Below, piece by piece: positions 61,076-64,000 of a stretch of 64,000 nt of DNA. The notes under the pieces are model-generated. The model saw only the letters and a list, made by a program, of their open reading frames with translations. It was not told the origin of the DNA and ran no database searches. The position numbers and the translations under genes are program-made. Origin of the DNA: Candidatus Bathyarchaeota archaeon. Lineage in GTDB: Archaea > Thermoproteota > Bathyarchaeia > Bathyarchaeales > Bathycorpusculaceae. The DNA lies in NCBI GenBank assembly GCA_963767735.1, contig CAVYES010000004.1, positions 480,001 through 544,000 on the forward strand, given 5' to 3'. Numbering within the stretch: the first letter of the stretch is position 1; each line of letters starts with the position of its first letter.

Positions 61076-61519
61076 ATGTTTGACGAAAACACAGAAGATG
61101 CAATATGTGAGGGAGGCAAGTCAGTGGAAACTAAAAAAGCTGAAGACAAAGCTGGTCCAAAAATAGCCACAAATATTCTGAGAATTGTGTCCACCAATAA
61201 TGCCTTCTACTTCTTCACAGATGTTGGACAGTACACTGATAGATGTTCATCCTGCCTTGCAGATTTTTGTAACACAATACAAACGATAGATGTCAAGTCA
61301 GTAGAGTTCCACTTTAGGCGTGGAGACTTTGCATTATGGATAAGCGAAACCTTGGGAGACAACGAACTAGCAAACGAAATTGATAGAGTTAGCAAGGTTA
61401 GCAAGACAATTCGAGGAGAAGAACTCAGAACAACAATACATCAAACCGTAGATGCACGTTTGATTAAACTGAAAAAACTCCAAGCTTCCGAAGAGCCTTA
61501 TCTAGAACGAGATGAATAA
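61076..61519 (+). CDS. DUF5752-like protein
   Basis: AFYFFTDVGQYT..SVEFHFRRGDFALWI..LGDNELA. Confidence 0.8.
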   Translation: MFDENTEDAICEGGKSVETKKAEDKAGPKIATNILRIVSTNNAFYFFTDVGQYTDRCSSCLADFCNTIQTIDVKSVEFHFRRGDFALWISETLGDNELANEIDRVSKVSKTIRGEELRTTIHQTVDARLIKLKKLQASEEPYLERDE

Positions 61520-62055
61520 GCACATCGCGATTTTATCCAAACTTATAGCTATCTCTGAACTCTAAATTTCCTTGAATTTTTTAGCTGGTACCGCTTTATC
61601 TGCTGATATTACATAGTACATGGTTTATAGTAAAGAAGTTTGGTTCACTATCCAAACGTTGATTCTGGTTTAACTTCATTTTGGTAATGTACGACTTTCT
61701 TAGAAAGAAAATAAATTGCTGTACAAGAAACGGTTTTGAATGGAGAAAGAAAAAATTACTGTGAATCCTTAATTGAGTGACTATCGAAACTTAGCTGGAT
61801 TAAGGATGGTTGAGCCCTCCCAGACGTGAGGTAGTTGGAACATAGAGTGGTCAAGAGTTTGTTTCCTTGGGAATATTTAGAACTCCATGCCGATCCTTAT
61901 GTAGCAATCGTTTACTTCTTAATTGCTTAGTTAAGCTCACGAAACTACAATAAAGCTGTTTAAGAAAGTTCTAAGATGGGGTTAACTGAAAATAGGTGTA
62001 TTTTTATATTTCTAGGTGCGGTATCTTTGGTAATTTAAACGGGTGAAGCCTACTC

Positions 62056-64000
62056 ATGTCATCAGACGTTTTAGCGGGTGGAAGGGCGAAGGCTCTTAGC
62101 GGCGATCGGAAACAGTTTGACATGTTTTTCAATAAGATGCTGGATGGCTTTGCTTATCACAAGATTGTTGTTGACAAATCGGGTAAGCCAATTGATTATG
62201 TTTTTCTTGAGGTTAATCATGCTTTTGAAGAAATGACGGGGCTCAAGGGAGAGCGAATTATCGGCAAGAAAGTAACGGAAGTTCTTTCTGGAATTGAGAA
62301 AGACCCTGCTGATTGGATTGGAGTTTACGGGAAAGTTGCTTTAACGGGCAAGTCACTTCAGTTTGAGAATCATGCGATTCCTTTAGGTAAATGGTATAAA
62401 GTCTCGGCTTATTGTCCAGAGAAGGGCTATTTTATTGCTTTATTTGAGGACATAACTGAGAGCAAGAAAGCTGAGCACGAGCTTTGGCAAGCAAAGAAAG
62501 ATTGGGAACGAACTTTTGATAGCGTCCCCGACTTTGTGGCTATTCTTGATAATCAGTTTAGAATCGTGCGGGCTAATCGAGCCATGGCGCAACAGCTTGG
62601 AGTAACTCCCGAAAAAGCCATCGGACTCTTCTGCTACCAGTGCGTTCATGGATTAGATAGTCCCCCTGCTTTTTGTCCACACGCACAAACAGCGAAAGAT
62701 GGAAAAATACATCAAGCTGAGGTGTATGAACCCCGCCTCGGAGGAGATTTCTTAGTAACTACGACTCCTTTAAAGGATGAGCAAGGGTGCTTGGTTGGGT
62801 CAGTCCACGTAGCGAGGAATATTACTGAGCTCATGCAGCGAGAACGAGAAATTGAAAACGTAGCAAAGTTTCCTTCTGAAAATCCTAACCCTGTATTTCG
62901 CATAGATGGAAAAGGCACAATTCTGTTCAGCAATGCATCTGGAGCTTCCGTTTTGACGGCATGGAGCAGGCGGATTGGTGAGCGTTCTCCTGAATACATA
63001 AGCAAAGCTGTTGCCGAGGCTTTAGCATCTAATAGAAGGATTGAGGTAGAAGAAACATATGGAGATACTGTATTTTCGCTATTGTTTGTTCCTATCACTA
63101 GGGAAGGGTACGTAAATATTTACGCAAATGACATTACGGAGCGTAAGAAAGCTGAAGAAGTGATAGTGGCATCTGAGAAGAAGTACCGTAGACTTTTTGA
63201 GACTTCGCAAGATGGAATAATGGCTAGGGATTTAGAGGGGCGGATGATTGACTGCAATCAGGCTTATTCGAGGATGATAGGCTACTCAAAAAAAGAACTC
63301 ACAAATGTATCCGCTACTGACCTTTTGCCCGAAAAATGGTGGGGACAGAGGGAAAAAATCGTAAAGGAGGTCTTGGAGACTGGGGGTTCAATTGTTTTTG
63401 AAAGAGAGTATCGCAGGAAGGACGGCGTCGTCTTTCCTGCTTCAGTTAGGACTTGGCGTCTAACAGATGAGAAAGGGAATATGGTTGGTACGTGGTCTAT
63501 GGTTCGGGATATTACGCAGCAGAAGGAACTTCAAGAGAAACTGCAACGGCACACAACACATCTAGAGCAACTTGTTGAAGAGCGCACTCAACAGTTGAAG
63601 GATTCAGAGCGGTTGGCTGCTATTGGAGCTACTGCGGGTATGGTTGGTCATGATATTCGTAATCCTTTGCAAGCAATTATTAGTGACGTGTACTTGGCTA
63701 AAACTGAGTTGGCTTCGATTCCTGAAAGCGAAGAGAAAAAGAATACCTTAGAAAAGTCTGGAGGGAATTGAAAAGAACACTGAGTACATTAACAAGATTG
63801 TGGCTGACCTGCAAGACTTTGCCCGACCGCTTAAACCTAATGCTGAAGAAGCCGACTTAAAAATCATAATTGAAGTTTTATTGAAAAAGAATGGTTTGCC
63901 AGAAAACATTAAAGTAACCTTTAAAATAGAAGCTGAAGCTAGGAAAGTTGTGGCTGACTGTTCTTACATTAATCGCATCATGTATAATTTGGTGAATAAT
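62056..64000 (+). CDS. Multi-PAS sensor histidine kinase (frameshift near 63755; runs off the window end)
   Basis: Four PAS domains, GHDIRNPL; continues as IEKNTEYINKIVADLQDFARP..NLVN in another frame. Confidence 0.9.

Overview
Archaeal chromosomal window, most consistent with Bathyarchaeia (archaeal CCA-adding enzyme and tRNA-splicing endonuclease, PEF-CTERM surface proteins, class II HMG-CoA reductase, many wHTH/PadR regulators, PAS/REC histidine kinases). Housekeeping blocks (glnA, hisS, endA-mtnA, cca-thpR, UPF0200-DUF54-MBL-HMGR) alternate with accessory regions rich in gene relics. Single-base frameshifts in essential genes (hisS, glnA) point to uncorrected assembly indels. No tRNA, rRNA, CRISPR array, transposase or integrase was seen. 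Main leads: (1) a 5' leader before a queT-relic/queC/queD/queE preQ0 operon that can fold into an SD-sequestering pseudoknot, a candidate archaeal 7-deazaguanine riboswitch; (2) that operon is interleaved with four mini-ORF relics (QueT-like x2, QueC-like, possibly DpdA-like); (3) a cassette-like array of small membrane-protein genes separated by a repeated CCTYTTCCCA motif, among virus-like relics; (4) an unannotated box C/D sRNA predicted to guide 23S Gm2251, with a perfect anti-guide copy just upstream; (5) an unannotated tandem-AbrB (MraZ-like) gene with a 10-bp-period repeat array. All calls were made by eye; no database searches were run.
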